This document shows, one piece after another, positions 37,914 through 49,900 of a stretch of 64,000 nt of DNA. How positions within the stretch are numbered: the stretch's first letter is position 1; each line of letters opens with the position of its first letter. Origin of the DNA: a virus (Duplodnaviria > Caudoviricetes); the IMG/VR virus record IMGVR_UViG_3300032038_000016, positions 32,001 through 96,000 of that record; one strand, 5' to 3'. The position numbers and the translations under genes were made by a program. The notes beneath the pieces were generated by a model. The model was not told the origin of the DNA. It was given only the letters and a program-made list of their open reading frames with translations, and did not search any database.

Positions 37914-39611
37914 ATGTTTACAGAGATCGATGATATTCAGTTAAAAAGTGAATTGAACACGACAATTAGTCTCGTCAATCTGTATCAAAAGCAGTTAACA
38001 TTATTGGAATATTTTGATGATAGCGTTGAAATTTCTGAAAATGATGTATTCACAGAAGCAACTGAAGCAGCAATTCAAAAGAATGATACGGCAATACAGA
38101 AGCAGGATGGACAATGGTCCAAAACCAAAACCGGTGACAATAATGATACTGCTGTGGATGATAATGCTGGTAAATCCACAGGTGGTTTTCTTAGTAATCT
38201 CGGCAATAAGATTTGGACTGCGATTAAAAAATTCTTTAATATGATTAGAGGATTTTTCAGAAGGCTTTTCAAAAAAGATAACGCTCAAAGAGTCGGTGAA
38301 GCAGCACTTACTGTCGGTAACTTTTTCGAGAATGCATCTGATGAAGAAATTCAAGAAGTTATTGACACAATGGAAAAAGGCAAAGAAGGTGAAGTAGGAG
38401 TTTCTGAAGGAACTGATTCTGAAGGAACTGATAATGAAGCACCTGTCACGGAAATGTTTGTTTATGAAGCGTCAAACGAAGTTACGAAAATGCCAAAAAA
38501 TACACCAGCAGATGATTTAGCATATTTGAAGAAAGCGTTATATGCTATGAAAACACAGAAGGGTTTCTTTGTATCAAGAATTCATAAAAGAGATTATCCG
38601 AGATATGCAAAACAAATGATTGCTTTATTGGAAGATTATGCAAAGAGAATTAATGATTCACAAGGTAATGAATTAGTTGATATGGAGCATCTAATCAACA
38701 TGTCAAGAACTACAAAAGCAAAAATGAAGTTCTGCGCAGCAAATCTTGCAGCAGCTACAACATGGCATTCTAATATTGGCGGATCATTAGTTTCATATAA
38801 AGGATATGAAGCATTTTATAAAAGCATCATGGAAATCAATGCAGCTTTAAGTAAGTCAATTGGTGATCTAGAAAAAGCAATGGCTAATGCCGAAAAGAAT
38901 ATCAAAGCATGGGAGAAGAAAATTAATAGTTCTAATAATTCACAATACGGACGTGGTTTCACAAGAAATAAGTATCCAAGGATGGCTAAGAATCTACATG
39001 CTTTATATACCGATCTATCTGATATTATGAAATATTTAGCAACAACGGTTAGCAATACAGTTGCTAAAACAATGACTGCTGAAGTAAACTTCATTCTCAC
39101 ATTGAGAGGTGTGGTTGTTAAGGTCAACAAAACATCTTCAGGTTCAAGAAAGAAAAAGAATGACGGTCAGCAACAACAGCAACAGCAACAACAGCAAACC
39201 CAAAACCCACCACCAAAGGGAAAATCAAAGTCAAATAAATATGTGATGGCAACAGATAATGTTGGTCTTAATAGTGATGGGGAGATAAGTGATAAGTTCA
39301 TGGGTCCAGAAATTAGTAAACAATTAGAGACTGTATGTGGTGGAAAAGTCAAATTTGCTGATATGGATAAATACTATGTAGAATTATTCACAAAGGCAAA
39401 GGGATACCCAGCCGAGTTAACTAGTCTATCGGGATTCAATAGTAATAAGGCTTATACAATTGCTGTGACAGCAAATAAATGCGGGAAATTCCTAGTTGTG
39501 CAATCTGGCAAAGTTAACAATGACTCAATGATTAAAAAGGCATACAATAAGAAACTTAACAACTTCGAATTCAATATGAATACAGGAGCAACGAATCCAA
39601 AACTAGATTAG
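37914..39611 (+). CDS. putative internal head protein, shared-leader family
   Basis: IDDIQLKSELNTTISLVNLYQKQ..VFTE|A then FLSNLGNKIWTAIKKFFNMIRGFFRRLF; ATG at 37914 after AAGGAG. Confidence 0.65.
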   Translation: MFTEIDDIQLKSELNTTISLVNLYQKQLTLLEYFDDSVEISENDVFTEATEAAIQKNDTAIQKQDGQWSKTKTGDNNDTAVDDNAGKSTGGFLSNLGNKIWTAIKKFFNMIRGFFRRLFKKDNAQRVGEAALTVGNFFENASDEEIQEVIDTMEKGKEGEVGVSEGTDSEGTDNEAPVTEMFVYEASNEVTKMPKNTPADDLAYLKKALYAMKTQKGFFVSRIHKRDYPRYAKQMIALLEDYAKRINDSQGNELVDMEHLINMSRTTKAKMKFCAANLAAATTWHSNIGGSLVSYKGYEAFYKSIMEINAALSKSIGDLEKAMANAEKNIKAWEKKINSSNNSQYGRGFTRNKYPRMAKNLHALYTDLSDIMKYLATTVSNTVAKTMTAEVNFILTLRGVVVKVNKTSSGSRKKKNDGQQQQQQQQQQTQNPPPKGKSKSNKYVMATDNVGLNSDGEISDKFMGPEISKQLETVCGGKVKFADMDKYYVELFTKAKGYPAELTSLSGFNSNKAYTIAVTANKCGKFLVVQSGKVNNDSMIKKAYNKKLNNFEFNMNTGATNPKLD

Positions 39612-39633
39612 TATCATAAAGGGTGTGATATCA

Positions 39634-41259
39634 ATGAATCAATATTTACTTGATAGAATAGATGACAACGCCATTATCAATGAATTTAATACAGCGATTG
39701 TTTTATTGGAATATTATCAAAAATATATTCGTATGGACAATTATTATCAAGAAGATGGCATGGAAATTCAACAGTCCGAAGGGACTTTGACAATGGATGG
39801 TCTTCGTGATAAAGTAAAAGGAAAATTGGATAATCAACCGAAGAAAGTTGGTTTCTTTGAAAAGATCAAAAATGCAATTAAAAAAGCAATTGATGCAGTT
39901 AAGAAATTCTTTGCAAAAATATTCAACAAGGATACAGAAAAAGAAAAAGTTGAAGCATCAAATGCAATTAACGAAATGAAACAATCAAATGTATCCGAAG
40001 AAACTTTTGTTGAAGAATTAGAAGAAGCCATTGGTGATGATGTGGAAGAAACTGTTGATACAGCTGAACCGGAACCACAAGAAACCCCACCAAGTAATAC
40101 ACCACAGACGGTAGATAATACAGCAGATAATACGACAGATGATTCGGAAGAAACTCCGCCTAAACAATCATACGAAACACCTGAATTATCGATTGAAAAA
40201 CCAGCTGTTACAAAAGGGAAAGTAAAAATCCCAAAAGAAAAAAGACAAGCTGTTGAAACACTTTGTTTGGAATGGTACAAAACTGGTCAGTGTCCAAGTA
40301 GAATTTCAGCAACAGTCGTTAACTTAATTGATCAGTTTGCTACTGCGATTGCCAAGCTTGTAAATACTTTGCAAACTGCTGATGTTACAAATCTTACAAA
40401 TCCAGAACAATTGTTAGCTGGTGTTAATAGAATTTCACAGCAATTGCATTCTGAATTACAAAAGGATCTCGAATTGAATAATCGAGGTTTATCTAAGCAA
40501 GAAGCAAACAGTGCTTTTGTTGATGCAAGAACATCGAAGAAAGCCGCACAAAAATTAAATAAATCGATTGAGTTATTAGAAGACACAATCATGAAAATAT
40601 CAGTAGAAGATCCCCAAAAAGAAAAGCTGTTTTCTCAAATATTTGCTGGTATGAAAGGTCCAATTGCAACAGCTATGAGTGCTGCAAAAATGATTAAAGA
40701 AACAGAAGATCTTGTTGCATTATCAGAAAGATCAATAAAAGTTGTTCTTGGTAATATATTTGGTAAAACGAGATTTGATAGACTTCATGGTGCTAGATTA
40801 AAAGGTAAAAAGAAAGCAAAGAATTTGGCAAATCGTGTAGATGATGAAAATCAACAAGACTTGCTTAACAGAAATCAGAAATACGTTGCTGGTAGAATTG
40901 ATAATAAGGAACAGCAATTGTTTAGAGATCTGGATGATCAAGTAAGAGATGTCCGTAAAAAGGGTGGTAAACCAAAAAGAGATATTGATACATCTACAAT
41001 ACCCACTGTCGACAATAATGGATTGGTTACGCATTCTGAAGAAATTCCGGCAGATGAAATACCAGATGAATTAAGAACTGCTGCTGAAAATCCAGATAAT
41101 GGTATTGATTTTGATGATCTTGCTGCCCAGTATGATCAAAAACCAAAATCATTTTTAGGTAAGGCAGCCGATGGTGCTCGTAGAGCTGGTCAGAAAATTA
41201 AGGACGTAATGACTCGAGATATTACACTTCCTAGAAGAAAAGCAAGTGCTGAAGGATGA
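39634..41259 (+). CDS. putative internal head protein, shared-leader family
   Basis: IDDNAIINEFNTAIVLLEYYQKY..YYQE|DG then GFFEKIKNAIKKAIDAVKKFFAKIF. Confidence 0.65.
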   Translation: MNQYLLDRIDDNAIINEFNTAIVLLEYYQKYIRMDNYYQEDGMEIQQSEGTLTMDGLRDKVKGKLDNQPKKVGFFEKIKNAIKKAIDAVKKFFAKIFNKDTEKEKVEASNAINEMKQSNVSEETFVEELEEAIGDDVEETVDTAEPEPQETPPSNTPQTVDNTADNTTDDSEETPPKQSYETPELSIEKPAVTKGKVKIPKEKRQAVETLCLEWYKTGQCPSRISATVVNLIDQFATAIAKLVNTLQTADVTNLTNPEQLLAGVNRISQQLHSELQKDLELNNRGLSKQEANSAFVDARTSKKAAQKLNKSIELLEDTIMKISVEDPQKEKLFSQIFAGMKGPIATAMSAAKMIKETEDLVALSERSIKVVLGNIFGKTRFDRLHGARLKGKKKAKNLANRVDDENQQDLLNRNQKYVAGRIDNKEQQLFRDLDDQVRDVRKKGGKPKRDIDTSTIPTVDNNGLVTHSEEIPADEIPDELRTAAENPDNGIDFDDLAAQYDQKPKSFLGKAADGARRAGQKIKDVMTRDITLPRRKASAEG

Positions 41260-41268
41260 TGATTTTTT

Positions 41269-42027
41269 ATGAATATCACAGAAGTAATTAATGATATTAA
41301 ATTTACATTGGGATTGAATACCATTGCATTACCATTCCAAGATTCTACAGAAAATGTGATTGCTGAAATTATGAAAACATCCATTCGAACATTCTCTCGT
41401 TTCAAGCCACTCATCAAAGAAGGATACGAGGAGCGAAAGCTCCTCCGTTCTCCTTCGGAAGAGGCGAAAAAGAATTGTATTTATTACTTACCCGGATCAC
41501 TAACAACAACTCCTGTACAATATGCGGATGCATATCCTCAATCTGCAATTACACAGGATGGTGAAGTGACAACGAATTCATTCACAGTTGGTTCACCATT
41601 TGTTGGATTTGGTTCTTATTATCCGCAAGACATTTTGAATGCGACAAATACCGGTGCTGCAATTAATAAGTATGCTGGAATCACTGGTTCTGTTCCTACA
41701 TCAAAATGGTTGGGATATAATAAAATACAATTCTTCAATTTCCCTGAGAATATTATTGTTCGATTTGTTGTAAAATGTGATCATGATTTATCTGGAGAAA
41801 CAATTCCAGAATCATGTGTAGAATCGTTTATGGAATTAGCAATGTTGGATGTTCAACGTACATTGTATAATCAATTAAAGAATATGAATAATGTTGGTTC
41901 AGCATTTAAAGAAATCAATTTAAAGATTGATGATTGGAGTAATGCAGAATCATCACGAAAAGAATTAGTTGAAAAATGGACAAATACGTTTCATTATGAT
42001 GATTTGGATTTGGTTCAATTTTTCTAA
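41269..42027 (+). CDS. putative neck/head-tail adaptor protein
   Basis: Size, context and pattern (INDIKFTLG..; FMELAMLDVQRTLY..LK..NL..DDW..AE..R.EL) resemble T4 gp13-like neck proteins; judged by eye only. Confidence 0.45.
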   Translation: MNITEVINDIKFTLGLNTIALPFQDSTENVIAEIMKTSIRTFSRFKPLIKEGYEERKLLRSPSEEAKKNCIYYLPGSLTTTPVQYADAYPQSAITQDGEVTTNSFTVGSPFVGFGSYYPQDILNATNTGAAINKYAGITGSVPTSKWLGYNKIQFFNFPENIIVRFVVKCDHDLSGETIPESCVESFMELAMLDVQRTLYNQLKNMNNVGSAFKEINLKIDDWSNAESSRKELVEKWTNTFHYDDLDLVQFF

Positions 42028-42035
42028 GAGAGGAG

Positions 42036-43853
42036 ATGTTGAGTATGATTAACGATTCGATCGAATTAATAAATGATATTGATGATTATAATCTCGAATT
42101 TGAATATTGTATAACTCGTAATTTATTAGATTATTATGAAAAAATGCTGTATATGGAATTTTATTTAAGAACATCAGTATCTACATCTTCTGTTATATTA
42201 GAATCAGATGTGCCTGAAAATGATTCATCTAAAAAACAAGGGTTTCTTTCAAAGATATGGAATGGAATTAAAAAGATTATTGATATTATTATCAATTCAA
42301 TAAAAAAGGTCATAACAAATATTAAAAAACATTTTTCAAAAGTAGAAAGAGTCAATAGAGTATTGAAATCTGCATCCAAAGAAGATCTTTCAGAAATTGA
42401 GCAATTATTTAAAAAATATGGAAATGAAAATACATCATCTGGAGATGATTCTCAGGGTCAAGATGTCACAACAGAATCAGCCACAACACTACTCACTACT
42501 GCAAAAAATATTGGAAAAGCTTATTCAAAAATGAACTCAGCTAAAACTATTCCTGGAAAAATATCTGCTGCTACAAACGTGTTTGGACCACAAATTGCTA
42601 ATGAGCTGGCTAAAAAAGCAACTACCTCAACTGTAGCAACTGCTGCTGCAGCAGCTGGTGGTCATGCTATTACAACATCTGTTACAGCAGCGTTGACAAC
42701 ATTCGCTGGCGCAAGCGTTGCTGCTTCCACAACCGGTTTATTAGCAACAATTAATGCACCAACTTTGATTGCGACAAGTATTATTAGCTTGGCTATATCT
42801 GGTACTAATAAATTCATTAATTCAACTGAAAAAGGAAAAGAAAAATATAGAAAAGAACATACAAATTTACCAACAATGGATCAAATTTTATATACTGGAG
42901 CCTTTTTGTCAAAAAATATGAATTCGATTAATACACAGGTTGCATCATTATCAACTTCTTCAACATTAAGAACTGGATCTATTACTTCGCTTATTTCGGC
43001 AGATGTCAAACGAACATTAAATGATATTGAAAAAATTAAAAATTATGCTTGGAAATCGACTAATGCAAATGAACCGGTTGTATTAGAAACTATGCGGAGA
43101 GTGTCGTTATTTCATGAAAGAATTTTAAAATTAAGAGAACAAGGATCTAGAATCAAAGAGAGATCTAAGGGAACAGACAACCTTGTTTCATCGTTTGATA
43201 CATTCGAAGATGCCGCTATTTTTACAGATTCATACACTGTATTTTCTTCTATTCAAGGTAATGAATTAAATAATATGCTACAAGATTTGGATAATAAAAT
43301 GGAAGAATTTAAATTATCATTTGAAAATAACCCTATATTCCAAAATTTGTATAATATGGCAGGGGATGAATACACTGATACTACAGAAATGGGAATTATT
43401 AAAACACGCGATGCAAAGAAGCAAGATGCGATAAATAAAAAACAGAATGACCAATATTTGAAGGAATCAGACAGAAAATTTGAAATTACAATTAAAAATG
43501 ATCTTGTACCAATAAGAGCATTTGTTGATGCAGTTGCTAAATATATATTTGGTGTAAAAGAGGCATATGATGTCACATTAGAGGTGTGTCAGGCTCTTGC
43601 TATTACCAGTCGAAAAGTATTGCGATTTATTAATAACAATTCTGCGCTTGCTGATGTTGCAAATGAAAATAAACGAGTTAATCGCTCAAGAGAAAACGTA
43701 TTTAGCAAACTTGGTAATCAATATCTAACTGGTAAAGGATCAACAAAATATTCCAGAGATGATGGTAGATATAATGATGAAAACCATCAGAAGTATACTT
43801 CAGATAATCTCACAACAGCGCTTGACAATGGAAATACTGTTATTCCACAATAA
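42036..43853 (+). CDS. putative internal head/ejection protein, shared-leader family
   Basis: IDDYNLEFEY..LLDYYEKM..VILE|SD, GFLSKIWNGIKKIIDII; long Ala/Thr hydrophobic segment. Confidence 0.65.
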   Translation: MLSMINDSIELINDIDDYNLEFEYCITRNLLDYYEKMLYMEFYLRTSVSTSSVILESDVPENDSSKKQGFLSKIWNGIKKIIDIIINSIKKVITNIKKHFSKVERVNRVLKSASKEDLSEIEQLFKKYGNENTSSGDDSQGQDVTTESATTLLTTAKNIGKAYSKMNSAKTIPGKISAATNVFGPQIANELAKKATTSTVATAAAAAGGHAITTSVTAALTTFAGASVAASTTGLLATINAPTLIATSIISLAISGTNKFINSTEKGKEKYRKEHTNLPTMDQILYTGAFLSKNMNSINTQVASLSTSSTLRTGSITSLISADVKRTLNDIEKIKNYAWKSTNANEPVVLETMRRVSLFHERILKLREQGSRIKERSKGTDNLVSSFDTFEDAAIFTDSYTVFSSIQGNELNNMLQDLDNKMEEFKLSFENNPIFQNLYNMAGDEYTDTTEMGIIKTRDAKKQDAINKKQNDQYLKESDRKFEITIKNDLVPIRAFVDAVAKYIFGVKEAYDVTLEVCQALAITSRKVLRFINNNSALADVANENKRVNRSRENVFSKLGNQYLTGKGSTKYSRDDGRYNDENHQKYTSDNLTTALDNGNTVIPQ

Positions 43854-43868
43854 TGTCATATTAATATC

Positions 43869-43897
43869 AAATTGGGTGGGCAATGCCCACCCAATTT
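43869..43897 (+). terminator. palindromic terminator hairpin
   Basis: AAATTGGGTGGGC-AAT-GCCCACCCAATTT. Confidence 0.65.
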
Positions 43898-43951
43898 TAA
43901 ATTAATATCTGTTATTGTTCAGATATATACTCAAAGGAGGTGTAATGACAA

Positions 43952-46900
43952 ATGCCAAATGATAAGAAGAAAAGAAATATATTAGCTCAAACTGCGTGGA
44001 TTGCGAAAGAAGCTGGTAAAGAATCATTTCTTAATGATTATACATCCAACATTTCACAATTGGCACAAGACACCAAGATGATTAGTGAAACATTGATGGC
44101 TGGTAAAACAAAAGTCAGAGATGTGTTTACCGATATGAAACAGAATGGTGGTAAGAAATTCGCTGATTGGTTCTTCGATCGTGGTGATGAGTTCTCAGAT
44201 GGTGATTTGTCAACAGACAGCGATTCTGATTTTGACGCTGGTTTTGATATTGATAACGGTGGTGAAGATTCTGGTCCACCATCACAAATCCTTGATGCAG
44301 ATTCCATGAAAGGAATTGCACGTGGACAAGTCAGTGCCATGTACAATATTGCAGGCAAACAAGCAGAAGCAGCCATGATGAATGCTTCTCAAATTACATC
44401 TGAAATTAATGGAAGAGCTAGTGAGATTATTACATCAATCAATAATCTAAATAAATCAGTTATTTCCATTTCTGAAAAATTAGATTCATTATTGAAATTA
44501 CAATCAGCTGTTGCAGAAGCAAACGCTGAACAAACATCACAATTGTCCGAAGGTGGAGGTAAACAGAGAGGAATTTATAATGAACAAGGAAAGGTAACAC
44601 TTGGATCATTCTTTAATTATCAAAAGCAAAGAGTATCCGACATGAGTGACACTGTTAAAATGTTCTTGGATCCAGCTCAATGGTCACCGGCAACAGTATT
44701 ATCCTCACTCATAGATATGACCGGAGTCAAAGATAAAAAGATATTTGGTAAATCAAATGGTGAAGGTGAGCATAAAGATGATAACAAAGTTTCATACAAT
44801 GAAATGATGAAGACCATCAATGATACATTGGATGTTACTTTGGAAAAGTATTTAACCAAAGCAACTGAACCACCTGCTTGGTTGAAGAAGATACCCGGAT
44901 TTGATTTATTTGGCGGATTTATTGAAGATTTGTTTCGAGGTGATCGTGGTGATGCAAGACGTCAAGCAAACGATCGTCAATCGTATATTACCGATACCTA
45001 TAACACGAAAGAAGCAAAGTTTGATGGTATTGTTCGTCAATCGATTGTTGAAATCATTCCCGGATATTTACAACAAATCGTCGGTGCTTTAACTGGTGAA
45101 GATTTCCATGTTGATCGTCATGGTCATTTATCCAACAAAAAAGAATCTGATGTGGAAAAAATGCAATCATTTGATACATCGGTGTATTCTCGTTCTGCAT
45201 TGGATAGTGATGATCGATCAGATTTCTTGAAAGGTTTAAAAGCTGAAACATATACGGTTGCGAATAAAGATGGTGGTACACAAACAAAGAAGAATCCATA
45301 TATTGAAAAGATGACTGCTTCAGCAACTGATGCTGCAATGCAATCATTTATGTTTTGGGCAATTCAATACTTCACTGAAGAACATCCTCGAATGGAAGTA
45401 ATTCATGGATTAAAAACACCGGAATTCTGGCAATATATCAGCAAAAACATGTCGGCGAATATTGATATTCCAGGATGGAATAAAGACGTAATTAAATTTT
45501 ATATTGCACAATTGCGATATCAAATTACGAATAATGATAAATCAAATGTTCATACAGCTCGTATCATTCGCCAAGCATGTGAAGCCGAAACAAAGGCCAA
45601 AGAATCATTTTATGCAAATGCTGCAGCAAAAGGACAAATTGAGAATGTTCCAGACTTAACCCCTCAGAACATTTCAAAGTTATTGGCTTCTAAACAAGAT
45701 TTACAAATTGAGACATCAAACTTCAATGAAGAACGTCAAAAAGCTATTGAAGATATTAATGCAAAAACGGAAGAGAGATTGAAGAATGGTGCAATCGATG
45801 AAACAGTTGGTGATCGGAAATTTCATATTGATCAAAGTGCACCAAGAATTGGTGCATTAAAAGAAAAATATGAAAAAGAATTAGCAGAATATAAACAAGC
45901 ATTGTTGGATAGTATGGAATCATCCATGACAGGAGCCGATGGAAAGAAATTAAACTTCTCCGAATGGCAAAAGCAATTGGAGAAGAAAGGCCAAGAAGAC
46001 ACTTCCAAAATGGATACGATGTCCGGAATATTATCCAAAGATGCACCAATTCCAAAATTCCATGCAAATGTAATAGGTAGATTGGATACGATCATTGATC
46101 TTCTTGGTAGTAGTAAAAAAGGTAAATCTAAAGTATATACGAAGTATCGTCAAGCTCGTGATGCAGAACTTGCTGCAGAAGAAGCTGCAAGAAAAGAAGC
46201 TGAAAATGCAACAACAATCGATACAGGCAATAATGATAATACCAATAATGATAATACCAATGACAACAATGGTGGTGATAACAAAGGTGGAAATAAAGAA
46301 GATGATAGTGGTGGGGATGATGATGAACCCCCTCCTATTGTTAGAGAGGATCCTGGTTTTGCAAAAGAAATGAAATCCACAATCTCCCAATTCGACATCA
46401 AGGGAGGTTTAAAAGAAATTATTTCAGCACCATTTGCTGCAGTATCATCATTATTCGAGAAAGCAAAAAAGAAGATCACAAAATCTCCCGAAGATCAATC
46501 ATCAAATGGCAATAGTAATGATGAGGATAAAGAAGAAGAAAAGAAAGAGAAACAAGAGAAAGAACAAGCAGAAGATGCTGCTGTTGTACAAGCTGCGTCA
46601 AGTGTCAGTACCAATCTTTCACAAGATGGAGAATCTGATTCTAAAGAAAAATCATTGATTTCTAGCGCATTGGATCATATTAAAAATCCCGGATTGAAAA
46701 AGATTGTAAAATCCATTCATGCTAAAGGTGCAGATGCAATCACAGAAGCTCAAGAAAAAGCCGATAAGAAAGGTGGAATTATTGGTAAGCTTTTTGGTAG
46801 TGGTGGACTCCTCGCAATTGCTGGCAAAAAATTAATGGATTTTGTAAAGAATTTTATTGCAAAGCCATTCATTAATATTGTCGGAAAACCATTCTTACAA

Positions 46901-49900
46901 TTCTTGAAAGACGGCATCAGTCATGGTTTCAAAAATGTGAAAGAAGGATTTTCCGAATTATTTAACATTAAAAAGAAAGATCCAGAGCAAGTCAAAAAAG
47001 AAACAGATGAAGAAAAGACAAGAAAAACAATTCAAGATATTATACCAGCATGGTTGGGAAGTATAAAAGAAGCAATTGAGAATATTGGTAAACCAAAACC
47101 CGAACAACCTACTGGTGGGACAAACAACACACAAGAAAATACTGAATCAGATGGTCAAAACCAAGAAACCTGGTATGATAAACTCAAAGCAAAAGCATCT
47201 GGTGTCAAAACAAAAATTGGTGAGAAACTTTTTGGAACAGAGAATAATCGAACAAAATTAGGTGGCTTCGTTGATAACGTTAAAAAAAATCCGGTGATTG
47301 GAGCAATTGGAAAAATACTTGGGCCACTTGGTAAAATAGCCTTGGGTGTTGGCCAAATTATTGCATCGGTTGTAATGGGATTTGCAGCAGTAAAGTCTTT
47401 CTCTAAATTTGTAACAAACGTTTTGACCAAGAGTCTAAAGGGACTCGAGAAAGGTGTTTCCAAGATTCTAAATGCTGTAAAACCAATTGTCACAATTATT
47501 GGTAATTTCATATCGAAGATTTCAGATTTTGCATCAAAAATTGTTGATTCACTATCTGGTATTTTAGGAACATTAATGGGTGTTGTTGGACGTGTATTAA
47601 CGACAATATTGGATTCGTTAACACCATTCTTTGATGCAATATTGACAGTACTAGATACTGTAGTTGATATCGTAACACCAATTCTTGATATTATTATTGA
47701 AGCATTGAGTCCGATATTAGACACATTAGGTGAATTTCTTTCTTCTGTCGGCGATATCATGAAGGACGTATTAGCACCATTTGTAGAAATTATTGGAGAA
47801 CTACTCGTTCCTGTTTTAAAACTTGTTGCACCATATTTTGAACTTGTAACATCCGTATTGTCAACTGTTGCTAAATTCATATCAGGGACATTGAAAACAA
47901 CTGTTGTTCCAATTTTGAAAACAATTGCAAATGCTGTTGGCTTGGTTGCTGATGGAATTAAGAGGATTATTGGATTTGGTAAGAAAATATTAGGCGGACT
48001 CATCAGCGGTATTGGACGACTCATGAAGGGTGTTGGTACACTAACTTTCAATAAGAACCTCAAGCAAAAAGGTGATGAGTTAATCAAAGCTGGTGGTGAT
48101 AAAGTCCAAGAAGGCCAAGAAAAGATGAATGCTGCTGATGAATCGTTTGGTAAGCGCATAGAAAAGCAGAAGGAGATCGATAGGTCCTCAATTCTTAATA
48201 AAGAAAAACAACATGAAGTTGGTAATGCTGCTGCTAAAGAAATAGGTAATTTAGCGGGAAAGGCTATCAACACAATACCTATTGTAAATGTTACAAACGC
48301 TGTAATGGATACTGATATTGGTGGTGCAATTGGAAAAACAGGAGCTAATGTTGTTAATGCAGGCCGAGATCTCTATTATGGTTCAAAAATTCCTGATGTT
48401 GATCCAACAAAGGTAACAGGATCTGGTGATGAAGCTATTGAATATCAATCTGGTGTATTGGAAGAAATTCGTGACTATGTTGCGGTTGTTCCTGAAATGT
48501 TAACGACTGGATTCAAGATATTTAAACCCATTATTCAATTAATTGCAACTGGTATTAAAGCAATTGCAGCTCCTATCACAATTATTGCAAAAATCATATC
48601 CGTGATCGCTGCTCCATATGCTAAGTTATTTAGTAAGATTGGTAATTTGTTATTTGGTAAAAATGATGATGAACAAAGTGGTGACGGTATTCATCAAACA
48701 GAAACAATGCCAAAGAATGGAGCAATACCAAAGATCGATAATTCTAAGATTGGTGAAATCAATATCGATGTACGTGGTTCTGGTGATACTGATATCTCTA
48801 GTGATACACAAGAATTGATCAATGTATTTAAACCAGTATCTGATGATGTACTTGATGTATTAATCGATATTCGAAATGCATTGGTTGGCGGTATCGGTGG
48901 AGGCACTAGTGGTGACGGATCCGGTAAAGGAAAATCATCATTACCTGGTGGATTGATTGATAGTCGTACCGGTTCCATGTATTCCGATAGTATGACTGGT
49001 GCTGGATTTGGTGCATCACAAGGTTCGAACATTGCACTTGCATCAACACCTGGATCCACAAGTGAATTCCAAGATAATACAGAAGGTACTTATGGTGAAA
49101 AGATTCTGAATACTGGTGGATTGAATGGTGTCATCAGTAACATTCGTGACAATTCTGTTTCAGTATTAAAGTCTGTTAAGGAAGATCGCTTGGGTATATT
49201 CCCTGTACTATCTGCATCATTATCTCCAATCTCTGCAACATTGATGAGTTTCTTCTCAGCATTTGTAAAAGTTTATCTACCAACATTTGCATCATTGGTA
49301 AATGATATCGCAATGCCGTTGCTCAAACAATTTGTCAAATATCATGATGATTATACCGATTTCCAATATAAGATTCAATTGCCGATGTTATCATCCGTAC
49401 GTGTTAACATGGTTCCTAAGATTCAATCTCTATTAGCACAGCTGGAGGTATTGCTTGGTGCAATGCAATCTGGTATGGGACAAATCTTAGCTGGACAAGG
49501 AATGATCTTAATTGCATTGAATCAACCAGCAATGGGTGAAACATTATTCAAAGCAGCAGGTGGTTTGGCAGCAGCTGGGTTAAATGTAATGATGTCTGGT
49601 GTTACTGCACAAGCAAATCTTGTATCAAAGCAATTGGATAATACTAACCAACCTATTTCTGAATTGTATGAGCCTCAAGGTACTCCAGAAAATAATGGTG
49701 AAGAAGAACCATCTGAAGAACCAACTCCTGAAAATACACCACAAACCGAACCTTCCAATCCTACTAATCCAACTCCAACTCCTGAACCAACTCCGCAAGA
49801 TGAACCACAAACTGAACCATCTAATCCTACTAATCCAACTCCATCAAATCCTGATGGTACAAGTCCTGATACAACACCTTCACCTTCACCTTCACCTAGT

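Noticed and set aside
43917-43930. Partial early-promoter match (TCAGATATATAC) before the TMP
   Set aside because: The 3' half of the motif is missing and it overlaps a small inverted repeat beside the RBS.
47155-48273. 372-aa antisense ORF and other short overlapping ORFs in the TMP and head genes
   Set aside because: Shadow frames of repetitive or low-complexity coding sequence.
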